Virus record (IMG/VR): IMGVR_UViG_3300020159_002019
Location: 45,291-109,290 of that record
Source: a virus
DNA length: 64,000 nt
Reading direction: 5' to 3' (one strand)
Shown here: piece by piece, positions 1 through 10,811 of the stretch
Layout: each line of letters opens with the position of its first letter
Numbering within the stretch: the first letter of the stretch is position 1
Program-made: the position numbers and the translations under genes
The notes under the pieces: generated by a model
Databases searched by the model: none
Told to the model about the DNA's origin: nothing
What the model saw: the letters and a program-made list of their open reading frames with translations, nothing else

Positions 1-1470
1 ATTACATCGTTGGGGTTTGATAATCAATACCCAACAATAGCATCAACTAATTTAGGTAAAGATACAACATTAAATAAATTTAACGGTGGTGGTATATTTA
101 TTAGACCTTCTATCAATTTCACAGGAACATTTAAAAACGTAACTGGTTCATTCACTAAAAACCTATTAGTAGGTTTATGGAAACAACCTAAATCAGGTGG
201 TAATTGGACATTAGTTAATGTTGATACTACTGACTTAAATGGTAAATTCGCATTTAGTCCTATCGTAGATACTACATATTGGACTTGTAAAATAGAAGTT
301 AAAGGTGATACGTTATCTTTAGGTAATGTGGTAACAACAGCAGATGCTCAAAAAGTTAATAGATTTGTATTAGGTATTGAAAATCCAAAAAGTTTTGATT
401 TCCATTCATCAGATCCAAATAATTCAGGTAATATATCTATTTCAGACGTATATACAATCTTTAATAGAATTGCAGGTAGATTTAGTAGTTTTACAACACC
501 TGACGTTAGATTTTTTACAGATATTCAATATAACACAATTACGACAGATAGTTTAACTAATCATTCATTAGATATACCAGGAAGTGCTAATTATTCATAT
601 ACAATTGTAACAGGTGTTGATTCAATTACAGTTTATGTATTAGCAACAGGTGACGTAAATGAAACAGGTTTCCGTATGGCTAGATTAGTTCCAATTAAAA
701 TAACTAATCCATTAAACGCACCTAATTTCATTATAGATCAAACAACTGATTACTACGCTTCATTAAATGAAATGGAAATTAATTTACCGACATTAAAAAT
801 TGAAGAGGGTAATTTAGTTAATATTCCGGTAACAGTTTTAACTAACGGACAAGAATTAGGGGCTGTGCAATTAGCAATGAAATATGATACAGATTTATTA
901 GAGTTTAGAGGTGTAAAAACCCTAAACTCAACCGCTAAATGGATGTCATTTACAAATCCTAACGATGGTGTAGTTGAATGGGGTGGTGTAGATATGAGCG
1001 AACAAAATAAAGTTAAAGATGGTAATGATGTAGTTGTAATGCAATTTTACGCTAAAAAACCTAAAGATGATTGGAATGGTTCTCCATTATATGTGACTCG
1101 TAAATTTGTAGGTAATTCAACAGCTAAAGATTTAAGTATTAAACCTACTGATGGTAGAGTGGAAGTTCTTAAAACATCTCCAATTGTATCAAGGTTAAAT
1201 GGTAGTTTAAATATATTAGTTTATCCAAACCCTTCAACAGGTATAGTATCAGTTCAATTTAACGTACCTGATAACAATAATACTATGGTTTATTTTATAG
1301 ATATGATTGGACATAAAGTGGCTGAAATAACTAATGGTAAAATGCCAAAAGGTGAATACAGATACACTGCAAATTTAACAGATTTACCAGTTAGTGCTTA
1401 TACAGCGGTAGTTGAGTGTGATGGTAAAATAATTGGTAGCGCGAAACTAATAAACGGCGTATTTATGTAG
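1..1470 (+). CDS. Secreted protein with dockerin-like, cohesin-like and C-terminal T9SS (Por) sorting domain; 5'-truncated by window edge
   Basis: Frame open from position 1; DPNNSGNISISDV dockerin-like loop; NIPVTV..LGAVQLAMKYDTDLLEF cohesin-like segment; C-terminal ILVYPNPSTG...GEY...Y T9SS type A CTD pattern. Confidence 0.7.
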   Translation: MTSLGFDNQYPTIASTNLGKDTTLNKFNGGGIFIRPSINFTGTFKNVTGSFTKNLLVGLWKQPKSGGNWTLVNVDTTDLNGKFAFSPIVDTTYWTCKIEVKGDTLSLGNVVTTADAQKVNRFVLGIENPKSFDFHSSDPNNSGNISISDVYTIFNRIAGRFSSFTTPDVRFFTDIQYNTITTDSLTNHSLDIPGSANYSYTIVTGVDSITVYVLATGDVNETGFRMARLVPIKITNPLNAPNFIIDQTTDYYASLNEMEINLPTLKIEEGNLVNIPVTVLTNGQELGAVQLAMKYDTDLLEFRGVKTLNSTAKWMSFTNPNDGVVEWGGVDMSEQNKVKDGNDVVVMQFYAKKPKDDWNGSPLYVTRKFVGNSTAKDLSIKPTDGRVEVLKTSPIVSRLNGSLNILVYPNPSTGIVSVQFNVPDNNNTMVYFIDMIGHKVAEITNGKMPKGEYRYTANLTDLPVSAYTAVVECDGKIIGSAKLINGVFM

Positions 1471-1500
1471 TAGAATAAACATACAAATATAAGAAATATT

Positions 1501-1845
1501 ATGGCAGAAGAAACAGAAAACACAAACGATGGAACATTGTCAGGTTTAAAGAAAACTATTATTGGTACTCTATCAACAGTAGTACTTGGAGCAGGTACTT
1601 GGCTAACAACAACATTTTTTAACGGACATTCAGATGATAATGCTGAAACTAAAACAGAACAAGCGGCACCTGCCCCAGCGGCAGCACCTGTTGTAATCAA
1701 CTTATCAAACAATAACGAACAAAAACAACAAAATAATAGTGGTGGTGGAAATACTACAATTATTAAAGAAAGAGTTATAGAAAAACCAGCTCCGGTTAAA
1801 GAAGAAAAGAAAAAAGAAGAACCAAAGGAAGAAGCGCCTTGGTAA
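1501..1845 (+). CDS. Small membrane-anchored hypothetical protein
   Basis: One hydrophobic segment (IIGTLSTVVLGAGTWL) then low-complexity tail; in operon. Confidence 0.6.
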   Translation: MAEETENTNDGTLSGLKKTIIGTLSTVVLGAGTWLTTTFFNGHSDDNAETKTEQAAPAPAAAPVVINLSNNNEQKQQNNSGGGNTTIIKERVIEKPAPVKEEKKKEEPKEEAPW

Positions 1846-1875
1846 TAAATCTTAAATAACGAAAACCAACAAAGA

Positions 1876-2589
1876 ATGAAAACCATAAACCAACAAAGCA
1901 TAATCAACTTCATAGTGGCTCTTTTAGGGGCGGCTATGATGTTTGGTTGTGGAACAACTAGAACAGAAAAATACACAGCTGATTTTGAAAAGAAACAATC
2001 AATACAAGTAGTAAGTGATTACGATGGGAAACCAATTCCTGTTCAAGTTCTTTCAATCGGTATTAGTGATAATGTCCTTACCTCATACCCAATTCTTAAA
2101 GAAAAAAATGTAGGATTAGGTGTTACAAATATAGCTTTAGATTACTTAGAAGGCACAAATAGATTCGAGTTTACAGAAGATAAAGAAGAAATCAAACTTA
2201 AAATGGTTAAACAATTCCAAGCAAGTGCTAAAGGCTTTACTGAAAATAAATTAGATGGTAAAGGTAAAATTAAACTTGCAAAGTATTTTGTTTATATTGA
2301 AGTATATGATTTTTCAGTAGATGAACAAGAAACCTATACTGCGGGTAAAAAGCAATTAGAAGTAACTACAAGATTAGGTCTACAAATTAGATTTGTTGAT
2401 GCTGAATCTGGACAAGTTAGAGTAGGTTCTGGTATGGGTGAAGCAACCCAATACGGTCAATCATTTTTGAAATCTCTTGATATGAAATTTGCGCAGTCAA
2501 CTGTTGGTATTTCGACAAGAAAATCCTTAGAAACAGCTTGTTCAAGGGTGGTATCCAAAATGATTAAAGATGGAATCTTTGAAAAATAA
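1876..2589 (+). CDS. CsgG-like outer-membrane lipoprotein
   Basis: Lipoprotein signal (LLGAAMMFG-C); TNRFEFTED and LQIRFVDAESGQV motifs typical of CsgG/FlgT-like folds. Confidence 0.6.
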   Translation: MKTINQQSIINFIVALLGAAMMFGCGTTRTEKYTADFEKKQSIQVVSDYDGKPIPVQVLSIGISDNVLTSYPILKEKNVGLGVTNIALDYLEGTNRFEFTEDKEEIKLKMVKQFQASAKGFTENKLDGKGKIKLAKYFVYIEVYDFSVDEQETYTAGKKQLEVTTRLGLQIRFVDAESGQVRVGSGMGEATQYGQSFLKSLDMKFAQSTVGISTRKSLETACSRVVSKMIKDGIFEK

Positions 2590-3817
2590 AATAATTTCTA
2601 TTATTTTAATTTTATTTATGATGAGTGGGTTGAGCGTAAAAGCTCAATCTATTTCATATTCATATGTTGATCCCTGTACTAAAGAAACTAAAAATATTAC
2701 AGTATCTGGATTAAATGGTACTTTACCTATTGTAATGAATTATTATGGGCAAGTAAAAGCATTTACACCAACAGAACTTCAAAACGGAACTTTTGACTCT
2801 TGGGCTAATTCAGTTTATAATGAATATGGTAAAGGAAATCCTTGCGCTCAAATAGGGATTCAAACAATTACAACGAATGTATTAAATGTAACTAATAACG
2901 TAGTTAATAATGTTGTTTCATTAGGTTCTATGCTAACTTCAATAACATCTTCAGGGGTTAATTCTATACCTACCGATGTAGTATCAACAACCGGAACTGG
3001 ATCTAATACTACCACTTCTAATAATAATTCAGGTGGAGGAAGAACTATAACAGGTGGTAAATCAGAAAAAGGAGTTCAAAGTAAAGAAGAAAAACAAGAA
3101 GAGCAAAAACAAGAAGAAGTTAAGCAAGAAGAAACTAAACAATCTTCTAATTCTGCCAAATCAACTAGTAAAGCAACCTCAAAATCAGACAAACCGGCTA
3201 TTATGTTAACAGGCGATTTGGTTGGTATGCAATCTGCTTCTGATAATACACAAGACGCTAAAGCTACAACATCATATATTAGAATATCTGGAAATAAAAA
3301 GACATCGTTAGGTGTATCAGCAGATTTTACAATAAATGCTAATATAGGTAATATAACAGTATTTAGATCTTGGATGACACAAAAAACAGCTCGTAAACAT
3401 ATTGATTTAGTTTCTAATAGTATATCAATATTACCAAACAGCTTTAGCAATACATTAGTATTTATAAGAATAGATAACGTAAAGAAATTCACTGGACTAT
3501 ATGGTGTTGGGGGTATGTATGGGGCTTTAAACAAAGAACCGCTAACTTCTTTATTAACTCTTGGTGGTGGGATGTATAAAGGACAACTAACTAAAAATGT
3601 TGATGCGGTATTTATATTAGTGGCTGTATATGTTCCATATATGAAATATTATACTGAAAGTATAATGAAATCAAAACCATTAATACTTCCATTTATGAAT
3701 ATAAACTATAAAGTAACTAAATCCTTTAGATTTGGATTAACGGCTGGAACCACATATTCGGTAAATGAACAACTAATAAACTATCAAGTATTATTTGGAG
3801 CTAAATTAACTTTATGA
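2570..3817 (+). CDS. Exported protein with probable C-terminal outer-membrane beta-barrel
   Basis: Signal peptide ending KA-Q; alternating amphipathic strands; ends YQVLFGAKLTL. Confidence 0.5.
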   Translation: MESLKNKIISIILILFMMSGLSVKAQSISYSYVDPCTKETKNITVSGLNGTLPIVMNYYGQVKAFTPTELQNGTFDSWANSVYNEYGKGNPCAQIGIQTITTNVLNVTNNVVNNVVSLGSMLTSITSSGVNSIPTDVVSTTGTGSNTTTSNNNSGGGRTITGGKSEKGVQSKEEKQEEQKQEEVKQEETKQSSNSAKSTSKATSKSDKPAIMLTGDLVGMQSASDNTQDAKATTSYIRISGNKKTSLGVSADFTINANIGNITVFRSWMTQKTARKHIDLVSNSISILPNSFSNTLVFIRIDNVKKFTGLYGVGGMYGALNKEPLTSLLTLGGGMYKGQLTKNVDAVFILVAVYVPYMKYYTESIMKSKPLILPFMNINYKVTKSFRFGLTAGTTYSVNEQLINYQVLFGAKLTL

Positions 3818-5469
3818 GAAAAATATTATTATTTTTACTATTATTATCATCAGTTGTTAAAAGTCAAAACTTTTCTCAGACAGGTAGGGTGTTTGGTATA
3901 AATAATGTAGGAGTATCTAATATAAGAATACAATTTTGGAAACGAACAACATCAGCCCTTACAGGATTCACATCCCAAACAAACTATAATGGACATTCTT
4001 ATTATCGTTCAACAACAACTAATACTTGGACAGGCTCTAAATCTACTTGTGAAAGTATGGGAGGACATTTAGTTACGATGTCTAACGCAGCTGAAAATAC
4101 ATTTGTGTTTGGAACATGGCCTTCAGGATGGTTTGGATATTATCAAGATAAAAGTACTGGGTATTTCTTTTCAGAGCCTTTAGGAGGATTTAGATGGACT
4201 GAATTACCTGTAACAACGAGTTTAGTTGCTAATTATGATATAGCAGATACTAATTCATATAAAACAACATCACCTACGTTAGTTAGGAATACTATTAAAG
4301 GAACTAACGCTACTTTATTTAGTACTCCAACATATACAGCAACATCAGGTAAGTATATGTCATTTAATGGTTCAACACAATATATGATGACTGAAAATCT
4401 TGGAAGTTATTTTAATTCAGGCGTTGTTAGTTTAATGTTATGGTGTTACCCAACAGATGCCGGTGTATTAGTATCTGAACAAGGACAACCTTCCGTTGAT
4501 GGTGGTTGGTTTGATTCTCAAATTGAAATAACTAATGTAAGTGGTTCAACCGGAACATTAAGGTGTGGAACTTGGAGTGGTAGTGGATTACAAAGTGTAA
4601 GTACAACAATAACATTAAATCAATGGAACTTTATATGTTTAACACATTCAGGAACTCAATTAAAAGGATACTTAAATGGGACAAACTTTAATTCTTTATC
4701 TTACGTAAGACAATACCCTTCTCAATTATATTATACCTTCGCTTCTAAATGTAATACAAATATGGGTGATGGAACATTTGCTAATGCCAGATTAGGTTCA
4801 TTTCAAGTATCTAATGTTGTATGGACAGATGATGAGGTAAATAGAAGTTATATGTTTAATGCTTATAGATTTGGAGTATATCCATATTCTAATTGGAATA
4901 ATGGCGAGCCTAATAATGCAGGAACAGAAGATTATGCTCAGTTCGTAAGTGGTGGTAAATGGAATGACTTACCAAACTCAGCGATGCTTAATTATGTATT
5001 GGAATTTGATTATATAACATCAAACGGAACTTGGGTTTTAGATACAACAGTATTAACAAATACTAGTGGAGATTATTCGGTTTTAAGAACATCTAACCCT
5101 TCTATTGAGTGGAGAATAATATTAGATACATTATCTATATCATCACCGCAAAGAACTAATGCTTTAGATAATAACAACCTTATATTTAATAAAAGAACTA
5201 TTAACGGAGCTGATTATTTTAGATATGATTTAAATACTGATAATAATTTTTCAGTTTCAGATATTTATTTACAAATAAAAAAACGTAGAGGATTGATTTG
5301 GACGGTACCAAATTATAGAATATATACACAAACGGAACATTCTACAATTAGGTTATCAGTCACGGATTTAAGATTAACATATCCGGGAGTTCAAACAACT
5401 ACAGCGTCACCACTAACAAATGGTGGTGTGACTAATTTTTATATATTAAGAACAGGCTATGACAATTAA
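3814..5469 (+). CDS. Secreted lectin: C-type lectin domain with inserted LamG/concanavalin-like domain and C-terminal dockerin-like motif
   Basis: Signal peptide; YNGHSYY...W...C..MGGHLVT; NWNNGEPNN...WND; LamG-like LNQWNFICLTHSG..LKGYLNG; DLNTDNNFSVSD. Confidence 0.7.
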   Translation: MRKILLFLLLLSSVVKSQNFSQTGRVFGINNVGVSNIRIQFWKRTTSALTGFTSQTNYNGHSYYRSTTTNTWTGSKSTCESMGGHLVTMSNAAENTFVFGTWPSGWFGYYQDKSTGYFFSEPLGGFRWTELPVTTSLVANYDIADTNSYKTTSPTLVRNTIKGTNATLFSTPTYTATSGKYMSFNGSTQYMMTENLGSYFNSGVVSLMLWCYPTDAGVLVSEQGQPSVDGGWFDSQIEITNVSGSTGTLRCGTWSGSGLQSVSTTITLNQWNFICLTHSGTQLKGYLNGTNFNSLSYVRQYPSQLYYTFASKCNTNMGDGTFANARLGSFQVSNVVWTDDEVNRSYMFNAYRFGVYPYSNWNNGEPNNAGTEDYAQFVSGGKWNDLPNSAMLNYVLEFDYITSNGTWVLDTTVLTNTSGDYSVLRTSNPSIEWRIILDTLSISSPQRTNALDNNNLIFNKRTINGADYFRYDLNTDNNFSVSDIYLQIKKRRGLIWTVPNYRIYTQTEHSTIRLSVTDLRLTYPGVQTTTASPLTNGGVTNFYILRTGYDN

Positions 5470-5902
5470 AAGTTTATTATTTGGGTTATTATTCCTTCCA
5501 TTGTTTTCATTTGGACAATGTGTAAAAGTTGATTCAGTTTATAATAAAACTGAAATGAAATCTATTGAAAATAGATCCGTATTATTTGGTATTAAACAAA
5601 TCACGGAAGATCTTTTACAAGATAAAGGTTTTGATATTTGTCAAGACGGATCACCAATATATGTTGAAATAACCTATATTGGATTACCTGAAAATACATT
5701 TAGAATTGCTGGATTTGCCTTACAAAACAAGATTACGGAAATTAAAGTTAAAATAATAAACGGAATTAGAATAATGGAAGGAACTGGAACTTATAAAACA
5801 TCTACAAATGCTATGATGCTTGAAATAAATGAAGAAGTTCCATTTAAACAAACAGTCCTATCTAATGCTATTAAATTAGCTTTGATAAACGCTTTGAGGT
5901 AA
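5459..5902 (+). CDS. Exported hypothetical protein
   Basis: Signal peptide (LLFLPLFSFG-Q); last gene of the operon. Confidence 0.55.
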   Translation: MTIKSLLFGLLFLPLFSFGQCVKVDSVYNKTEMKSIENRSVLFGIKQITEDLLQDKGFDICQDGSPIYVEITYIGLPENTFRIAGFALQNKITEIKVKIINGIRIMEGTGTYKTSTNAMMLEINEEVPFKQTVLSNAIKLALINALR

Positions 5903-7726
5903 TTATTTATTATATTTAGCGTCAATCCTTTCAATGATTTCTTCAATCACACCCTTGTTATCAATTACACCATCAATAGCCATATTAATAATGGATCTTT
6001 TTTTATCTAAAACTTCATATACTATCGTATCCACAGTATCGTCAAAAAGTGGAAAATAACAAATAACGTCCTTAGTTTGCCCTATCCTATACGCCCTATC
6101 TAATGATTGGTCAATATTTGCTGGGGTATAATTTAAATCATTTACAATAACAACTTCAGCTGCGGTTAAAGTTAATCCAACACCAGCAGCAACGGTATTA
6201 CCAATAAACAATCTAACATTTGGATTATTTTGAAAATCCTCAACAGCCTTTTGTCTATCCTTTTGACTTGTTTCACCATTAATAACAACACAAATATCTT
6301 TATATTCTTCTCTTAATGTATTAACAACTGAAGTATAATCGGTAAATACAATTACTTTTTTATCCGATTCTAATGAATTATTGATAAGTTCTTTGGTATG
6401 CTTTAATTTATTTTCGGCAACCCATCTTCTTAAAACAGATAATTCAACTAGTTTTTTAGCATATGAAACATTCTTACCTTGTTCTTCCCTCATTTGAATA
6501 TATCTTTCAACAGATGAATCATAATCAATTTTATCATCATCATCTAATTGTAAGTATATAGGTGAAATAATTTTATCAGGTAAATCTAATACATCTTCTT
6601 TTCTTCTTCTAATTGAAACAGGTTTAATCCTTCTATTTAATTCTTCTAAATTTGAAGCACCATCAGCCTTAATAATTCTTCTACCTTTAATCATCATAGT
6701 TTTAGCATTACAATAACTATATAGGAATGAATTATAATTGGTTGATAGTGGATGTTCTACCATAGATAATAATGAAAACAAATCCACAGGTTTATTTGTA
6801 ATTGGTGTTCCTGTTAAAAACCACCTTTTTTTAATTGTTTTAGCTATTTTTTTAACGTGTTTTGTTCTATTCGAACTTGATGATTTTAAATAATGTGCCT
6901 CATCACAAATAATCAAATCAAACTGTTCATTTAATATTTGATTATTAACAGCAACCTCATCGTATTCTTGGAACTTGAACTTAGGTTTTTTTTCTTTTTT
7001 AGGTTTTTCAATTGTATTAAACTTATCTAAGATATCATAATTTATAATTGTCCATTTATTAGGTTTCCATTCTCTTTGAATAATTGATACATTATCAGAA
7101 TCATCATATATAGATATTTCTTTTTTCCAATTTAATTTAAGTGATGCTGGGCATATAACCAATATTTTTTTAGCGTCAGATTCCAAAGCAGCGATAATTG
7201 ATGAGGCTGTTTTACCTAAACCTGGTGTATCTAATAATAAGAAATTATCATTTTGTAATAATTTAATAATAGCTTCTTCTTGATGCTTCATAGGAAGCCT
7301 TGAAGAGTATTTATTCCAATCCACATTTACTTCAGGTATAACCCTAAATAAATCTTCATTTAGTTGAGCTTTTGGTAGCCAAATAAGTTCAGAGTCTCTA
7401 TTTTTAAATAATTTAACTTGGGCGTGATATACCTTTTCTTGTTCCCCAACAATCTTTTCAATTAGGATTTTTTCTATTTGATTAGTAATATTAAATTGTC
7501 TCATTAAAGAGTTCCTAAAGAAATTAGTTAAATCTAAAAACTTATTTACTTCTTTTACTTGAAAATTATGATTATTTATAATATAATTTGCTTGATTTTC
7601 AGTTATCGGTAAGAATGATTTCTTTTCTCTTGTTTTTTTCAATTCCAAGATATAAGGATTATCCCCCACATAACTTTTTAATAAATCTAGAGCTTTAACT
7701 TTAGCAATGTCATTTAATTCTATCAT
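5903..7726 (-). CDS. SNF2-family (SMARCAL1/HARP-like) helicase/ATPase
   Basis: DTPGLGKT Walker A, DEAH, LTGTPITN, AAGVGLTL, QSLDRAYRIGQ. Confidence 0.9.
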   Translation of the reverse strand: MIELNDIAKVKALDLLKSYVGDNPYILELKKTREKKSFLPITENQANYIINNHNFQVKEVNKFLDLTNFFRNSLMRQFNITNQIEKILIEKIVGEQEKVYHAQVKLFKNRDSELIWLPKAQLNEDLFRVIPEVNVDWNKYSSRLPMKHQEEAIIKLLQNDNFLLLDTPGLGKTASSIIAALESDAKKILVICPASLKLNWKKEISIYDDSDNVSIIQREWKPNKWTIINYDILDKFNTIEKPKKEKKPKFKFQEYDEVAVNNQILNEQFDLIICDEAHYLKSSSSNRTKHVKKIAKTIKKRWFLTGTPITNKPVDLFSLLSMVEHPLSTNYNSFLYSYCNAKTMMIKGRRIIKADGASNLEELNRRIKPVSIRRRKEDVLDLPDKIISPIYLQLDDDDKIDYDSSVERYIQMREEQGKNVSYAKKLVELSVLRRWVAENKLKHTKELINNSLESDKKVIVFTDYTSVVNTLREEYKDICVVINGETSQKDRQKAVEDFQNNPNVRLFIGNTVAAGVGLTLTAAEVVIVNDLNYTPANIDQSLDRAYRIGQTKDVICYFPLFDDTVDTIVYEVLDKKRSIINMAIDGVIDNKGVIEEIIERIDAKYNK

Positions 7727-7900
7727 CTATAACAATATAATATTTTTCAATAAAAAATAAATAAATGTTTATTTTATGCTTTATATATTTATATTGACCA
7801 GGACCTTAATAATTAATAGTATATTAAATAATATATATAATAACTAGAAACTAGACCAGAACAGCTTTATATAAAATATATTATAGAACTATTTATATAT

Positions 7901-8266
7901 ATGGCAAAGCAAAAATTAGAATTTAATGATGATAGTTTAACATCATTACTTCAAGAAACATATTGTGAAATAGTTGATCAAAGAAATAAGGCTTTAGGAT
8001 TACTCAACAAGTATTTAAAGAATGTTGAAGAGAATAGTGATATAGCTATGGTTGGTAAAATCAATAACGAATTATTAAAAGTAATAGACTCTTCAATTGG
8101 TAAAAAGATTGAAGTGGTTAAACTTATGGCTGATATTATGAATAAGAAAGGTAGTATTAAAAATGATGATTCTTCAACAAATCAAATATCAAAAGAACAA
8201 AAAGCCGAAATGCGTAAATTGGTTAAAGAAATAAAAGAAGGTAAGATAAATATTAGTGGTGAATAA
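7901..8266 (+). CDS. Hypothetical protein
   Basis: 121-aa ORF, TATTTAT motif upstream, stop overlaps next start. Confidence 0.6.
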   Translation: MAKQKLEFNDDSLTSLLQETYCEIVDQRNKALGLLNKYLKNVEENSDIAMVGKINNELLKVIDSSIGKKIEVVKLMADIMNKKGSIKNDDSSTNQISKEQKAEMRKLVKEIKEGKINISGE

Positions 8267-9807
8267 TGGCTAATACCGGACAAGCAGATAAAAAACTTAT
8301 ACTTGATAGAGTTCAAAACTTTTTAATTACAATTGAGCAATTAAAAAAAGAAAAGCTCGTATTACAATTAACAAATTATTCATTACCTTCATTAAGAATA
8401 CCTAAAGACGATCCATTTGATTTTCTTATGGATTTACTTGGAACAATGAAAGGTAAGAAACAAGCTGTTCAAGAAGTTCTAAATTCAGTATTGGGTAGTA
8501 TAGATTCAATCAATATTAAACTTAAAGAAGGTTTAAAAAAAGTAATTCTTAAATCTTTCTTTTGTAATAATGACTTTGTTGTAAAACCAGAATATACAAA
8601 TGGTTCAAATGATATTGAATTCTCAATATCAAGCATAGATTATTTTTTCTTATTAAAAACTAGTCCATTAGATGATGTAAGTGGGGCTTATGAAATAAAT
8701 AGTGGATTGAATAGATTTATTTATGATACATTAAATGGTTCGGCAGGGACATCATCGTGGCAAGATTTACTAACTAATGTGAGTTTTAATCAATCAACAC
8801 AAGTTTTAAGTTTTAGAATAAATCCTAAATATGCGAATCAACCTGTAAGTGTATTTGTAAATGATTATGTAGATTCACTTACTATTATTGATAATGAGTT
8901 CTTCAAATCTTTATTTAGTATCTCTCAAAAACCAAATAAAGAATTACAGAAAAGATTACAATTTTTAAATAAATTGATTAATGATGTAAGAAATGCTTGT
9001 GCTCCGACATTGAATGATGTGGGTAAAAATAAGACAGAAAAAGAAGCTATATTAGTAGATTTATTAAATAATAAAGGGAAACCTTTAAGTCAAATATTAG
9101 CTGAAAGAATTGCTAAATACAATGAATATGATACTTTAGCTGATGATTTTACAAATAAAATAAATCAAATTCTTTGTCAGCCCATACAAACACCAATAAC
9201 AAACCAAACTGTATTGGATGCTTATAGTCAGATAAATGATGAAATAAACCAATTAAATAGTTTATTAAATGGCATTGATAGTGTATTAAATAATTCATAT
9301 CAAAATAATGCTAATGGAACAGGTAATGGTATTGCAACTGGTGGGGATCCAATAACTGATAGCCCTTTTTCTTTACCTACATTAAATATAGATTTCAAGT
9401 TAGGTATAATAGCTCAAATACCTAATAATATTGCTAGATTATTATTATCCCCAAAGGTAATAATGTTATTTGGTATTTTAACACAATTACAAAATTTACC
9501 ATGGAATGAAGGATTTGAAAGTTTTTTACAAAAATTTACAAAATCTTTATTTGATATGATTAAAAGTATTATAACTGAAATATATGATAAGATATATAAT
9601 TTAGTTGCTGATAATATATGGTTGATAATACAAGGTTTAATATTACAAATTGTGGGTGAAAAAACAAAGGCTAGGTTAGCCATAATATTATCCCTAGTGG
9701 CCTTATTTGATAAATTAAATGGTATTTTAAGTGATATTGATTTCGGTAATTGTAGGTCAATATTGGATGCCTTATTAAAACTAACATCACTATCCAGTCT
9801 ATTATAA
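8266..9807 (+). CDS. Hypothetical protein (possibly virion-associated)
   Basis: 513-aa ORF, no recognisable motif. Confidence 0.55.
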   Translation: MANTGQADKKLILDRVQNFLITIEQLKKEKLVLQLTNYSLPSLRIPKDDPFDFLMDLLGTMKGKKQAVQEVLNSVLGSIDSINIKLKEGLKKVILKSFFCNNDFVVKPEYTNGSNDIEFSISSIDYFFLLKTSPLDDVSGAYEINSGLNRFIYDTLNGSAGTSSWQDLLTNVSFNQSTQVLSFRINPKYANQPVSVFVNDYVDSLTIIDNEFFKSLFSISQKPNKELQKRLQFLNKLINDVRNACAPTLNDVGKNKTEKEAILVDLLNNKGKPLSQILAERIAKYNEYDTLADDFTNKINQILCQPIQTPITNQTVLDAYSQINDEINQLNSLLNGIDSVLNNSYQNNANGTGNGIATGGDPITDSPFSLPTLNIDFKLGIIAQIPNNIARLLLSPKVIMLFGILTQLQNLPWNEGFESFLQKFTKSLFDMIKSIITEIYDKIYNLVADNIWLIIQGLILQIVGEKTKARLAIILSLVALFDKLNGILSDIDFGNCRSILDALLKLTSLSSLL

Positions 9808-9849
9808 TATAGATTTTCTTTTTACATTTTTTTTATTATCCTTGTATAT

Positions 9850-10134
9850 ATGGAAAACAAGGAATACGAACACGTAAATCACCCAAACCATTACAATACT
9901 TTTAGTAAAGAAGTTATTGATATGATGGTAGATATTTGGGGTGTTGAAAAAACAATTGCTTTTTGTGAGATGAATGCTTTTAAGTATAAAATGCGTATGG
10001 GTGATAAACCAAATCAACCGTTGGAACAAGATGCTAAGAAAGCTTCTTGGTATATTAATAAAGCAAAAGAACTAAAAAGTAAGTTAGATACTTATGGTGT
10101 AATAGAAACAATCACGGAGGTAATATATAAATGA
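9850..10134 (+). CDS. DUF3310 family protein (T7 gp1.7-like)
   Basis: HVNHPNHY...NAFKYKMR.G.K....QDAKKASWY signature. Confidence 0.8.
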   Translation: MENKEYEHVNHPNHYNTFSKEVIDMMVDIWGVEKTIAFCEMNAFKYKMRMGDKPNQPLEQDAKKASWYINKAKELKSKLDTYGVIETITEVIYK

Positions 10135-10811
10135 TAGAATTCGCAAGAACAAATAAGGATGTTATTAAAACCGTATCGGATGAACAATCGGTTATTATTG
10201 ATAGCATATTAAAACTTTATATTCCATCTAGACAAATAGATGTAGATCCGACATATTCTAAAGGTAATTTCTATAAGAAAACAATTATACCTGAACCAAA
10301 ACATAAGTTTGATTTATACCCACAAACAGAAGATACAATTCAAGCATCTGCCGATAAACTACCATTACCTGATAATTCAGTAAATAGTATAATGTTCGAT
10401 CCACCATTTGTTGTTGGGACTCCTAATACTTCTAAAGGTAAAGTGGGCTCAAATATAATATCAAGCAGGTTTGGTTCATTTAAAAATATTGAAGAGCTTT
10501 GGAAATTCTATGAAGCATCAATTGGTGAATTTTCAAGAATAATAAACGATAATGGTGTTTTAATTGTAAAATGTCAGGATACTATTAGTTCATCAAAACA
10601 ATACTTATCACATATTGAAGTAATTAATTATGGTATAAGACACGGATTCTATTGTAAGGATTTGTTTATTCAAACAACTAAAAATAGGATATTATCAGGT
10701 AAGCATAAAGTTCAGATGCACGCAAGAAAATACCATTGTTATTGGGTTGTTTTCACTAAGGAAAAGAGTAAGGTAAAATATAATAATTTTTGGGATGAAG
10801 AACAAAAATGA
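10131..10811 (+). CDS. Putative DNA amino-methyltransferase
   Basis: DPTYSKGNFY SAM-binding-like motif and FDPPF catalytic motif. Confidence 0.75.
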   Translation: MIEFARTNKDVIKTVSDEQSVIIDSILKLYIPSRQIDVDPTYSKGNFYKKTIIPEPKHKFDLYPQTEDTIQASADKLPLPDNSVNSIMFDPPFVVGTPNTSKGKVGSNIISSRFGSFKNIEELWKFYEASIGEFSRIINDNGVLIVKCQDTISSSKQYLSHIEVINYGIRHGFYCKDLFIQTTKNRILSGKHKVQMHARKYHCYWVVFTKEKSKVKYNNFWDEEQK

